From a virus (lineage: Duplodnaviria > Caudoviricetes), in IMG/VR virus record IMGVR_UViG_3300022745_000034, positions 1-63,900 of that record: 63,900 nt of DNA; one strand, written 5' to 3'. The first letter of the stretch is position 1. Each line of letters starts with the position of its first letter. The notes below the pieces were generated by a model, which was not told the DNA's origin, did no database searches, and saw only the letters and a list, made by a program, of their open reading frames with translations. The translations under genes were made by a program, and so were the position numbers. This document shows, piece after piece, positions 55,007-63,900 of this stretch.

Positions 55007-55111
55007 TCAGGTCCAATCCATCATGGGGGCAATAGACATCCTCCATTGAGAATTGCTCAATGGTTTTTGACTTTTCCCCTCTGCCGTCGCCGCTTGATTT
55101 TTACTTAACAT
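55007..55111 (-). pseudogene. dusA: dusA 5' replacement fragment within attP
   Basis: Translates as MLSKNQAATAEGKSQKPLSNSQWRMSIAPMMDWT*, matching the DusA N-terminal motif (x)SxAPMMDWT. Confidence 0.85.
55043..55063. promoter_or_regulatory. Operator palindrome inside attP/dusA fragment
   Basis: CCATTGAG-AATTG-CTCAATGG, perfect 8-bp arms. Confidence 0.6.
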
Positions 55112-55173
55112 TACTTGATACTACCCATGTTTTCTAACTCCAGTGCACCAAATTTGCACCAGAAAGGACTTAC

Positions 55174-56181
55174 ATGGCATCCATTATCAAGGTTGGCGAC
55201 CACTGGCGGGTGCAGATCCGGCGCAAGGGGCATGCCTCGATCAGCGAGACATTCCCGACCAAGACCCTGGCCCAGAAGTGGGCCCATGACACCGAATCCA
55301 AGATCAATGACCGGCGCTACCGCGATGAGCGCAGCCTGGACAAGATCACCCTGGGCGAACTGATTAAGCAGTACCGCGAGGAACTGTCCCACGTCGAGTT
55401 TGGCAAGAACAAAGACGCTGTGCTCAAGGCGCTGGATGCCAAGCTGGGCGACCTAACCCTGGCCGAACTGACCGACGACCGGCTAACCCAGTTTGTGCGC
55501 GACCGGCGCAAGGAAGGCGCGGGCGGTGTGACCATTGCCATCGACTTGACCTACCTGGGTGGCATATTCAAGACGGCCCGCCAGATATGGAAGATGCCGG
55601 TCAGCATGGATGCACTGGCCACCGCCCGGGCCTACATGAGCCACGTCAAGATAAGCACCCGGTCGAAGGAGCGTACCCGCCGCCCCACCGTCGACGAACT
55701 TACCCGGCTGTGCGACTACTTTGACAAGCATTCCCGCCTGCCCATGCGCGACATCATCCAATTCGCAGTGGCCACGGCCATGCGCCTGGACGAAATCATG
55801 CGCCTGCGCTGGGCCGATCTGAATGAAGCGGACAAAACCATCGTGATCCGCGACCGCAAGCACCCAAACCAGAAGGAAGGTAACGATCAGGAGGTGCCAT
55901 TGCTGGGCGACTCATTTGCCATTGCCATGCGCCAGCCGCGCGATGCAGACCGAATATTCCCCCATAGCGGGAGCACGATCAGCAGCATATTCCCGCGCGC
56001 CTGTCAGGCCTTGGGCATTGTGGATCTGCGCTTCCATGACCTGCGGCATGAGGGCGTCAGCCGCTTGTTCGAGCGCGGATTCAGGATTGAACAGGTGTCG
56101 CTCGTGTCAGGGCACCGCGACTGGAAAATGCTTAAGCGATATACCCAACTCAAGGCAGCAGACCTCCACCGGTTGGCATAA
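55174..56181 (+). CDS. int: Tyrosine integrase (dusA-associated type)
   Basis: WRVQIRRKG N-terminus; TAMRLDEI (R), RKHP (K), FHDLRHEG (HxxR), SGH.DW.MLKRY (H,Y). Confidence 0.93.
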   Translation: MASIIKVGDHWRVQIRRKGHASISETFPTKTLAQKWAHDTESKINDRRYRDERSLDKITLGELIKQYREELSHVEFGKNKDAVLKALDAKLGDLTLAELTDDRLTQFVRDRRKEGAGGVTIAIDLTYLGGIFKTARQIWKMPVSMDALATARAYMSHVKISTRSKERTRRPTVDELTRLCDYFDKHSRLPMRDIIQFAVATAMRLDEIMRLRWADLNEADKTIVIRDRKHPNQKEGNDQEVPLLGDSFAIAMRQPRDADRIFPHSGSTISSIFPRACQALGIVDLRFHDLRHEGVSRLFERGFRIEQVSLVSGHRDWKMLKRYTQLKAADLHRLA

Positions 56182-56401
56182 CCCTTGCTGCTAAGTAGGC
56201 TTTGCGCAACCTTCCACTTCCGTGCCATTCAGCCTCGTACCAACACCCATCCTAGAGTTAATGCTTCAGACAACCGATGACCCCCAAGCCGACGAGGCCA
56301 TAGCCGAACTGAACAGGCTACGTGACGTGCATTGTCACTTGCTGACGCATTTTGTTGCAGTGCAAAAACAGAATCAGGCCAGTGCGTCTGGCCTGAAATC
56401 T

Positions 56402-59400
56402 CTACTTGGAGAGGTCAAGCCCGACCCGACCACGCATTTCCCTCGGCGCAGACTTGATTAGGCGCGTGTCCTTGTCTGTGGCCATCTGACGCGCCAAGTT
56501 TCGGATCTGGTCAGGCGTGATCTGGATAGCCGTCCGGGGGTTCTTGCGGTTCCAGTCGTCCAGTCGCTTTTGCGCATCCTTGGCCATATCCGTGTCGTTG
56601 TCAGCAAGTGCGCGCACCCACTGATTAACGATGCTGGATTCGGTGTGCTTCTGGAGCGCAATGTCTTGCTGCACCGGCATTGTCTTGCGGGTTTCCTGCG
56701 CCACCACGGTAGGCTGGAAGCCAACCGCTTTGACAGCAGCATCACCCAGACCCACGTCTATAACCTTGCGGCCTTTCGTGTCAGTGGAATAGCCCTTCTT
56801 GGCCATTTCAGCCGCTGCCAGCAGATCCTTGATGGCCTTGGGCGCCAAGTTCTGGGCGGCCTTACCGGTGTTGCCTTCGACCGCTGCGTCATAGGCGTCA
56901 CCAATCTGACCGGCCATGCCCGCAGTTGGGCCAAGCACCTCGGTGAACTGCCGGCCACGATTGTCAGCATTGCTAGGCTTGAGTATCCCGGTGCCTGGGA
57001 TCAGGTTGCCAAGCCCCATGCGGCCAGAGAAGTCCAGCGGCAGGTATGGAGACACGCCGTACAGGAACATATCGCCCAGTCCCTTGCCAAGAAGGTCATA
57101 TGCAAGGCGGCGCTTGTTGCGCTTCATGTTGGTGTCCAGGCCAAACATCTGGCCAACCGTGTCAATCAGGTCATCCAAGTCGTCGGAGAACGGCAGGCCT
57201 TCCTCACCGGCCGCCAGCATGAGAACAGCCAGCATGATGATGGCAGCCCGTTTACCCTCAGTTCCGCCGTTCTTCCACATGCGACCAAGTAGCTCAACGT
57301 ACATGATGCTGAACTGCTTGAACGTCATCAGCGTGCGACCGATACCGCCTTGCGACCAGTTGGGCCGATTGACCTTGTTGTAAATGCCCTGCGTTTCGTT
57401 CACGGCCCGCACGGCAAAGGCGTAGGGGTTCTTTTCTTTATTGGCCTTGGCCACGTCCCATGCCGCGAGGAATGTCAGCTTGCGGTTGAACCCTTCGGCC
57501 ACGGCAAACATGGAGCCCCACAGCGTCAAGAAAGCATTGATGCGGGCCCGGGCGTCCTCACTTCCAGCCTTGATCTTGCCGCCAACACCTGGGATTTTGG
57601 CCAACTGGTTGACCAAGCCAGACGCAACGCCCTGGGCGCCAACGCTGTAAAGGTGGAAGATTTCTTGCGCGTCAACAATCCCCTCCTGGCTGGCGCGCTT
57701 AAGTGCATCGCGCAGCTCAGGGTCTGTGATTTCCTTGCGCCCCATGGCGTATGGAACCGCCTTGGCCAGCGCCTTTGTGGAAGTGGTAATGCCGAACTGC
57801 GAGAGGTACGGCGCCGTCATCATCACCGGCTGGGTAAGGTTGACCGCAGCCGACGCCACAGATCCACCAAGGAACCAAGCGAACATGACCGATGACAGCG
57901 GTGCCGCTGGGTCATTTGGGTCAAGCACATACTTCTTGAGCCGGATCGCCTCGTCCAGCACGTCGCCCTTTTCCTTGGGGATGTACTTGATGGCGTTGTT
58001 CAGGTCGCGCAGGTAGTAGCGCTGGGCGGCATGCCGTCCGTTGCTGGTGATGAAGTTGGACAACACCCGGGGCAAGTCCTCGCTGTATCCGGATGTGCCC
58101 TTGCGGTGCAGGCGGCGCTTCAAGGCGCTGCGATCATTCATTGCCAGTTCGATGTACTTGCGCATGGCGCTGTCAGCGCCAATGGCTTCTGCGAACAGGG
58201 CCAGCGTTTCCGGTGAAATGCCGGCATACAACTCGTGGCTTGTCTGGCTCTTGGTTCCAGCCGTCACCTTGATGTCGTCGCGGTCCTTGTATTTGGCCTC
58301 CATCATGGAGCGCACCGACTTGGCTTCGCCTTCGGTTTCGTACTGGCCGTAGAACTCAGTCAGCGATTCGCCGTTTTCGTCACGCAGTACATTGCCGTGG
58401 TTGTCGATGTGCTGCACGGTCACCGTGTACTTGCCAAATCGCATGAGCGGCGCATACCCTGCGATTTTCAGGTTCTTGGCCGTCACAAATATCTTGTCGA
58501 TGTTGCGCTTGGTTTCTAGGTAGCTGGAGCGCACCGCCCGCAATTCGGCAGACTGTTCATCGGCGCCCATCTTCTCAGCCGCCTTGATGGCACGGTCAAG
58601 CATCTTGATCTGCTTCTTGATTTCATCGACGATCATCTTTTCGGCACCACGCGGGTCGTCGATGATCTGGCGGCGCATGGTCTTGGGGATAACGCTCTGC
58701 GCCATGGCGTAGGCCTCGGCGGCAGCCACCTCGTCCAAGCTGGCATCAATGGCGGCACGACCCTGCTTATAGAGCGCGATACCGGTGTCGTTGAGTCCGC
58801 GTGCGCGCAACTCAGCATCGCTCCACACTTTGCCCTGCAATACACCTTCACCGGCAAGCGTTCCTTCAAATATCGCATCGGCTGCCTGTTGCAGATTGTT
58901 GTCTGACCGCTTGCCTCGGATCAACTGCTTGGCCGCTGATTTCACATCATCCACGCGGGGTAGAACGCCGGGTGCCAACTCGGCCGGCCGGATGCTGGTC
59001 AGTGAAACCTCGTTCTGCATCGCATTGACATAGGCGAACACCTTGCCGAAGTGGCGGTCCTTCAGAGCCTTGTTGTACTGGGTTGAAAGCGTCTTGTGGT
59101 ACAGGCCGAAGGTTTGCAGGCTCTTTCCGTCTTTGTTACCAAAGAATTGCATGGCGTCACGCTGCACCTTGGCCATGGTGTCGCGGACATTGAAATCAAT
59201 ACCGGTGGAGCTAGATTCCATCTTGCCCGCAGCGTAGTCGCCCAGATACTGGCTGGCGATTTCCATGACCTTCTTGTAATCGGTCAGGTATTGCTCGGTG
59301 CGCGGTGTGTAGCCCACCTTGCCCAAGACCGACTTAATTAGGTCGATGGCCAGCGTTGCAACTTTGCGCAGCAGTTCAGGGCTCTTGGCCGCTATGGCAT

Positions 59401-62400
59401 CCCAGAATCCGGGCTCCATGAAGGCATCAGAGCCAATCTCGGCCATGAATTCTTCATGCTTTTTGTCGGCATCCTTGGCGCGCTTGGCAGTCGCTGTTTC
59501 CAGAAACTTCTTATAGAGGGCTGGCTTGATGAATGGCCGAACCGCCTCTACAAACTCGTCGTACAGGTCTGGGTTGTCTTTGCGTAGCTGGTGAACAATC
59601 TCGTGACCAAGGATTGACAGATGTGGCCGGTCGTTGCCGGTGGCCAGCAGGTAATTTATTCCGTTGGCGTTGGCGCCATTGAAGAAGTAGAACTGACTTC
59701 TTTCCCGTCCACTAAGCAATGGGTTTGGCAGCACCCACTGGACCCGCTGGCCGAATGCTTTTTCAATTTCTCGGAACGCCTCATTTCCTTGTACTTCTGC
59801 GGCGACATACCCCAGAACTCCATCGTGTACGGTTTGCCCGTTCGCACGCAGGTATTGCACAAGACTACTGTTAAGTGCTCGGACATTCTTCAGTTCTGTT
59901 TCTGTTGGGTTCTTTTTGACTAGGGCGTTGCTTGGCTCAATCGTATCAGCGCCGTCCAAAGCCTGAAAATCAATGCCTGCATTGTCGCTGCCATTGAAGA
60001 ACTCTCCAAGCGCCTCGCCAAACCCGAGTTTCTGGAGCTTGGCTTTCTGTTGTTCAATGCCATTGGCAACTGCCGTCTTCTGGCTTTGCGGAACGTCTGG
60101 CCCCTTGGCCAGCAGTGCGCGCTGGATCTTTTTGTATTCCTCGCGCGCAGCTTCCAAATCTTTGGCCTGGGCAAACGGCTGCTTGGACTGCTCACGCAAA
60201 GCCACGCTGTCCTTCTGTGCCTTTTCAATGGAAGCCTTGGTGTCTTCCTGTGCGGCGCTCAGGCGGTCAACGTAGTTCTTCATGCGCTGCACAAAGCCGC
60301 TGGCGCTGAATGCGTCGGTGCCTCCCCATGAGCCAATCTCACCGGTGGGCGAAGAAGCAAAAAGCCACCCTGCCCTGTTGCTGAACGTGAACTCCAGCCC
60401 GCGATAGTTCACGACCAGCCCATCGGACATACCAGCACGCACGACCGACGTTGCCTTGTTCAATTCGGCCTGGGCGGCTTCCTTGTCCTTGAACACCTTG
60501 CCGCCCACGGTAATGGGCGCAAAGCCTTCTTTGTCCAGCGGGTGCTTTTTGGAAGTGGCAATCAGCGCGGCCAGTTCTTCCAAGCGGCGCGGGCCGTACT
60601 TCTGGGCATACTGGTCAGCGTCCCGCGACTTGCGGGTCATGGCCAGAACCTCGTCAGCATGCGCGGATTGCAAGCGCTCCAGGCGCTTGACATCGTTGCG
60701 CAGCTTTGTTTCTTCCAGAATCAGCGGGTCGCCGGATGCGGCAGCCTTCATGTCGGCAGAATTGGCGGCCTCGCCCTCGATGTCGTCAATCTCATTGATC
60801 GTGCCATCGAAGTTGCGCAACTGCTCTATGCCGCGAGCCTTGTGCTCAAGGATCTGCCAACGGCGGGTGTCGTAGGTTTGCTCGGTGGCATAGCGGCCAA
60901 TGAACACCTCAAAGCCCTGCGGGTCACGCTCGTACAGTTCATTGCCGCGCCGGATGATCCGGCCTTCGCGCTGCTCCAAGTCGCTTGGGCGCCACGGTGC
61001 GTCGATGTGGTGCAGGCCGACAAGGCGCTTTTGCACGTTGGTGCCCGCGCCCATCTTGGGTGTTGAGCCCAGCAGGAAACGAACGTCTCCCGCATTGACC
61101 GCCTTGAATAGCTTGTCTTTGGCTACCGGTGTGGAATAGTCGTGGATGAAAGCAATCTCATGCTCGGGCACGCCCTTAGCCATCAGCTTGGCCTTGATGT
61201 CGTCGTACACCGAGAATGCGGCATTGCCAGAAATACCGGCAATGTCTTCACGGTTGAATGCCTCGCTGACCTCGGTATCGACCTCGTTGTCATTGTTGAA
61301 GTCGTCGATCTGCTCCTGGCTGATTTCACCGGCAGCTTCGCGCTTGTCGATCCAACGCTGTCGCTTGGCCGGGTCTGCCAGAAGTGCAGCCGCTGACTCC
61401 TTGGCCTCGGCTTTCGACGCCCGGGCGCCGATCAGCACCCCGCTTGCCGCGTCATAAACCTCGAACTGCTTGGATTCCTTCTGGCCCTTTTGCACGATGA
61501 AGTACGGCAGGCTCTCGAAGCCTGGGGCGGTGTGCATGGTCCCGCGCTTCATTTCAATGGAGCCGTTCTCACCGCGCACGTACAGGCGGCGCTCCTTGCT
61601 TGAGTACGACGACCGGGCCGATAGCGGGATAGACATATCGCAGAAGATCAACTGCGTGCCCTTGTCCGCTGCCCACTGGTGATACACCTTCATGGCATTG
61701 TCCACGGCCAAGTTGATCTTGGAGCCGGGGAAGTCAGCCGCATGCGGGTCGATCAGTCGGTAATCCAAACCGGCTTTGTTGGCCTCTCCGGTCAGGGACA
61801 GGGCATTGACCTTGCCCTTTGTCTCCTTGGTCAACTGCTTGAGGTTTGCAAACCGGCCAAGAATTGAGTTTGGATCGACCGTAACCACGGGGGTCATGGC
61901 CTTCTCGACAATCTTTAGGCGCGCGTCCTGCTCGGTGTCGAAGGTTCCAATGTGGGTGTTGCCAATCTTGGCTACCCACTTCCCGCTTTTCTCGTCTTTG
62001 GTTACGCTGATTTCGTCATTCAGGTCGGCTTCAAACCGAATGCTTCCATCTTCCAGTGTCTCGGCCTTGGGCATGCCCATGAGCGAAGCCACGGCGGGCG
62101 AGCGCTTGGCCACAAACAACTGGGGTTTTCCTCCGACCATCTTCGGCACCGGGAACCGTTTGCCCTGCGCTTCTTCCTGGGCGCGCAAGTCGTCCAGGGT
62201 GATCGTGTCGGCAAAGGTATTGAACAGGCCCATCAACCCGGGCAGGTTGGTGAACTTGGCGAATCGGGTGGACTGGCGGTATCCGCTGCCAGAAGGTGCT
62301 ACCTCGTAGACGTTCTCAACGCTGCCGAACTGCTTGGCCCAAGCGTCAAATACGTGCAGCCCTTCTTTCTTGAGGGTTGGGTACTGCATGTACCGCTGCA

Positions 62401-63900
62401 TGTTGAACATTTCCACCAGGGAATTCGACACAGGCGTGCCGGTGGCGGTGATATACGGCGCCTTCTCTCCAAATGTGTCGAACATCCAGCGGGTTTTGAC
62501 AAACAGGTCAAAGGCTTTGGCCGACCCGTTGGGGTTGCCCATGCCCGGGTTTCTGTCCATGGTGGAGTTGTAGGCCAGATTCTTGAACTCGTGCATTTCG
62601 TCGATGAACATGGCATCAATGCCAAGCTCGTCAAACGTCACCACCTTGCTGCGCTGGCCAATGGCCGAGAGCTTGTCCTTCATCTTGGCTTCCAGGCGGG
62701 AGCGAATGCCCTCCATGTCGCGGATGATGTTGCGGTCGCCCCGGCTGCGCTTCATGTCCTCGATGGCCTGGGCCACCTCGTCGATCTGCTCTTGCAGCAC
62801 CGCGCGCTCGGTTGCTTCCGGCAGGCCAATCTTCTTGAGACTGGAATGACCGATCACCACCGCGTCCCAGTCGCCGGTAATTATCTTGGAAAACATGCGT
62901 TCGCGCTTGTCCTTGGAGAAATCCTCTGGTGTTGCGGCCAGAATGTTCGACCCTGGGTACAGGCGCGTGAACTCACTGCGCCATTGCAGCGTCAGGTGAT
63001 TGGGCACGATGAACAGGGGTTTGCGTGCAATGCCCAAGCGGCGCATTTCCATGGCCAAGGTCGCCATTTCAAACGTCTTACCGGCGCCCACCACATGGTC
63101 ATAGAGCACTTGGTAGGACTGCAAACCGCGCCACACACCATTCTTTTGGTGCTCCAGCAGTTGAATTGCCGGGTTCATGCCTGGGAATGACAGGTGCTGG
63201 CCGTCGTACTTGCGCTCAACGATCCGGTTCATCTTGTCGTTGTAGATCGCAGCCATGTTGTCGGCGCGGGTGGCGTCTTCCCAAACCCACTTCTGCCACT
63301 CGGCCTTGATGGCGTTTTGCTTTTCGCGCGCGGCCTCGGTTTCCTTCTCCATCACCACGGTCGTGGTCGTGCCGTCTGGGTTGCGGTAGGTCTTCTTGAC
63401 CACGGCACCGCGCCCCAGCATGGTCATCTGGAACAGTTCTTGAGCGCTCAATTCAGACGTACCGAACTTGCCGGTGTTCAGCGCTTGGTCAGTGCCTCCG
63501 TGGTAGGCCATGAGCCACTGGCCGGTGGACTTCACATAAGCTGCCGTGGCATTGCCGCCTGAAATGTGCTTCACGAACTGCTCGTACAGTTCGTCCGGCA
63601 CAAACGCCGCACCGATGCTCACCGAGATTTCGCTGGGCTTCTTGTCTTTGGGGATGACCTTTTGCAGCGCTTCCACATTGCGCTTGTACTTGGAGTCGTC
63701 CTTGGCCGCCGCCTGGGCTTCTGCCAGCTTTGTCTTAACGTCGCCAGATAGGTATTCGTCGGATGTGACGATGCCGTTTTGCGGGTCGTCATACACCACA
63801 TCACCAAGCTCTTTGATGATGGCGTCCATGGGCTTGCCATAGACTTCTTCCATATAGGCGCCGTCTACCTTGCCCCGGTAGTTCAGCGAGGCCAGCAATG
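56402..63900 (-). CDS. Giant DarB-like polyvalent virion protein, C-terminal part (SNF2/DEXH helicase, helicase-C, HExxH zincin-like module, PLxRFG domain); about 4,427 aa in total
   Basis: DHVVGAGKT (Walker A), IDEMH, TATGTP, GAGTNVQ, QREGRIIRRGN; HEIVH at 59591-59605; PLMRFG at ~58433-58450. Confidence 0.92.
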   Translation of the reverse strand, partial: LLASLNYRGKVDGAYMEEVYGKPMDAIIKELGDVVYDDPQNGIVTSDEYLSGDVKTKLAEAQAAAKDDSKYKRNVEALQKVIPKDKKPSEISVSIGAAFVPDELYEQFVKHISGGNATAAYVKSTGQWLMAYHGGTDQALNTGKFGTSELSAQELFQMTMLGRGAVVKKTYRNPDGTTTTVVMEKETEAAREKQNAIKAEWQKWVWEDATRADNMAAIYNDKMNRIVERKYDGQHLSFPGMNPAIQLLEHQKNGVWRGLQSYQVLYDHVVGAGKTFEMATLAMEMRRLGIARKPLFIVPNHLTLQWRSEFTRLYPGSNILAATPEDFSKDKRERMFSKIITGDWDAVVIGHSSLKKIGLPEATERAVLQEQIDEVAQAIEDMKRSRGDRNIIRDMEGIRSRLEAKMKDKLSAIGQRSKVVTFDELGIDAMFIDEMHEFKNLAYNSTMDRNPGMGNPNGSAKAFDLFVKTRWMFDTFGEKAPYITATGTPVSNSLVEMFNMQRYMQYPTLKKEGLHVFDAWAKQFGSVENVYEVAPSGSGYRQSTRFAKFTNLPGLMGLFNTFADTITLDDLRAQEEAQGKRFPVPKMVGGKPQLFVAKRSPAVASLMGMPKAETLEDGSIRFEADLNDEISVTKDEKSGKWVAKIGNTHIGTFDTEQDARLKIVEKAMTPVVTVDPNSILGRFANLKQLTKETKGKVNALSLTGEANKAGLDYRLIDPHAADFPGSKINLAVDNAMKVYHQWAADKGTQLIFCDMSIPLSARSSYSSKERRLYVRGENGSIEMKRGTMHTAPGFESLPYFIVQKGQKESKQFEVYDAASGVLIGARASKAEAKESAAALLADPAKRQRWIDKREAAGEISQEQIDDFNNDNEVDTEVSEAFNREDIAGISGNAAFSVYDDIKAKLMAKGVPEHEIAFIHDYSTPVAKDKLFKAVNAGDVRFLLGSTPKMGAGTNVQKRLVGLHHIDAPWRPSDLEQREGRIIRRGNELYERDPQGFEVFIGRYATEQTYDTRRWQILEHKARGIEQLRNFDGTINEIDDIEGEAANSADMKAAASGDPLILEETKLRNDVKRLERLQSAHADEVLAMTRKSRDADQYAQKYGPRRLEELAALIATSKKHPLDKEGFAPITVGGKVFKDKEAAQAELNKATSVVRAGMSDGLVVNYRGLEFTFSNRAGWLFASSPTGEIGSWGGTDAFSASGFVQRMKNYVDRLSAAQEDTKASIEKAQKDSVALREQSKQPFAQAKDLEAAREEYKKIQRALLAKGPDVPQSQKTAVANGIEQQKAKLQKLGFGEALGEFFNGSDNAGIDFQALDGADTIEPSNALVKKNPTETELKNVRALNSSLVQYLRANGQTVHDGVLGYVAAEVQGNEAFREIEKAFGQRVQWVLPNPLLSGRERSQFYFFNGANANGINYLLATGNDRPHLSILGHEIVHQLRKDNPDLYDEFVEAVRPFIKPALYKKFLETATAKRAKDADKKHEEFMAEIGSDAFMEPGFWDAIAAKSPELLRKVATLAIDLIKSVLGKVGYTPRTEQYLTDYKKVMEIASQYLGDYAAGKMESSSTGIDFNVRDTMAKVQRDAMQFFGNKDGKSLQTFGLYHKTLSTQYNKALKDRHFGKVFAYVNAMQNEVSLTSIRPAELAPGVLPRVDDVKSAAKQLIRGKRSDNNLQQAADAIFEGTLAGEGVLQGKVWSDAELRARGLNDTGIALYKQGRAAIDASLDEVAAAEAYAMAQSVIPKTMRRQIIDDPRGAEKMIVDEIKKQIKMLDRAIKAAEKMGADEQSAELRAVRSSYLETKRNIDKIFVTAKNLKIAGYAPLMRFGKYTVTVQHIDNHGNVLRDENGESLTEFYGQYETEGEAKSVRSMMEAKYKDRDDIKVTAGTKSQTSHELYAGISPETLALFAEAIGADSAMRKYIELAMNDRSALKRRLHRKGTSGYSEDLPRVLSNFITSNGRHAAQRYYLRDLNNAIKYIPKEKGDVLDEAIRLKKYVLDPNDPAAPLSSVMFAWFLGGSVASAAVNLTQPVMMTAPYLSQFGITTSTKALAKAVPYAMGRKEITDPELRDALKRASQEGIVDAQEIFHLYSVGAQGVASGLVNQLAKIPGVGGKIKAGSEDARARINAFLTLWGSMFAVAEGFNRKLTFLAAWDVAKANKEKNPYAFAVRAVNETQGIYNKVNRPNWSQGGIGRTLMTFKQFSIMYVELLGRMWKNGGTEGKRAAIIMLAVLMLAAGEEGLPFSDDLDDLIDTVGQMFGLDTNMKRNKRRLAYDLLGKGLGDMFLYGVSPYLPLDFSGRMGLGNLIPGTGILKPSNADNRGRQFTEVLGPTAGMAGQIGDAYDAAVEGNTGKAAQNLAPKAIKDLLAAAEMAKKGYSTDTKGRKVIDVGLGDAAVKAVGFQPTVVAQETRKTMPVQQDIALQKHTESSIVNQWVRALADNDTDMAKDAQKRLDDWNRKNPRTAIQITPDQIRNLARQMATDKDTRLIKSAPREMRGRVGLDLSK
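63668..63900. repeat. Terminal direct repeat, copy 2
   Basis: Matches 1-233; offset 63,667 equals the genome unit length. Confidence 0.97.

Larger units (their letters stand above)
54960..55165. mobile_element. attP region (core in the dusA fragment, ~55010-55035) with arm-type repeats
   Basis: AATTTGCACCA at 54965 and 55151 plus TGCACCAAA at 55144 flank the dusA motif, between the xis-like gene and int. Confidence 0.75.

Noticed and set aside
55174-56181. Rci-like recombinase driving a tail-fibre shufflon
   Set aside because: No inverted fibre cassettes seen; the adjacent dusA fragment explains it as the integrase
56222-56461. 79-aa ORF after the integrase
   Set aside because: GTG start without a clear RBS and antisense overlap with the giant gene's end; cannot be supported, though not excluded
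61952-63190. 412-aa plus-strand ORF
   Set aside because: Antisense to the SNF2 helicase region
63668-63900. Terminal repeat as att site, LTR or biological DTR
   Set aside because: It falls mid-CDS in the giant gene, so assembly overlap is the simplest explanation; the real attP is at ~55.0 kb
1-63900. tRNA/rRNA genes, tail sheath or tape measure
   Set aside because: None recognised by eye, which fits a podovirus; tRNAscan-SE would be needed to exclude tRNAs formally

Overview
The window is a complete, circularly permuted genome of a temperate short-tailed (podovirus-like) dsDNA phage. The unit length is 63,667 bp, because bases 1-233 recur at 63668-63900 with one synonymous mismatch. Late genes lie on the minus strand: lysis cassette, terminases, portal, a 7-gene putative head-spike/fibre module, scaffold, N4-gp56-type major capsid, adaptors, tail fibre, tail and ejection proteins. 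They end in a giant ~4,427-aa DarB-like polyvalent virion protein that spans the window edge (SLT transglycosylase, adenine MTase, SNF2 helicase, HExxH module, PLxRFG). The order resembles 933W/Bcep22-type phages. Early genes include a primase-polymerase, a Cro/CI switch whose CI has a catalytically dead S24 domain, Sak4/DUF669/PD-(D/E)xK recombination genes, a helicase, adjacent Tad2-like and gp49_66 sponge-type anti-defence genes, MazG, an HNH-AP2 nuclease and a tyrosine integrase. The attP carries a replacement 5' end of dusA (…WRMSIAPMMDWT), suggesting a betaproteobacterial host. Unannotated highlights: (i) a ~90-aa gene, and possibly two more, overprinted inside the giant gene, with its own RBS and operator; (ii) a TTGAG-N5-CTCAA operator repeated about 15 times genome-wide; (iii) five copies of a putative phage-specific late promoter, GTCGAA-N15-(-10), one abutting an SOS box; (iv) an iteron/IHF/DnaA-box origin. 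All family calls come from motif recognition by eye; no database search was run.
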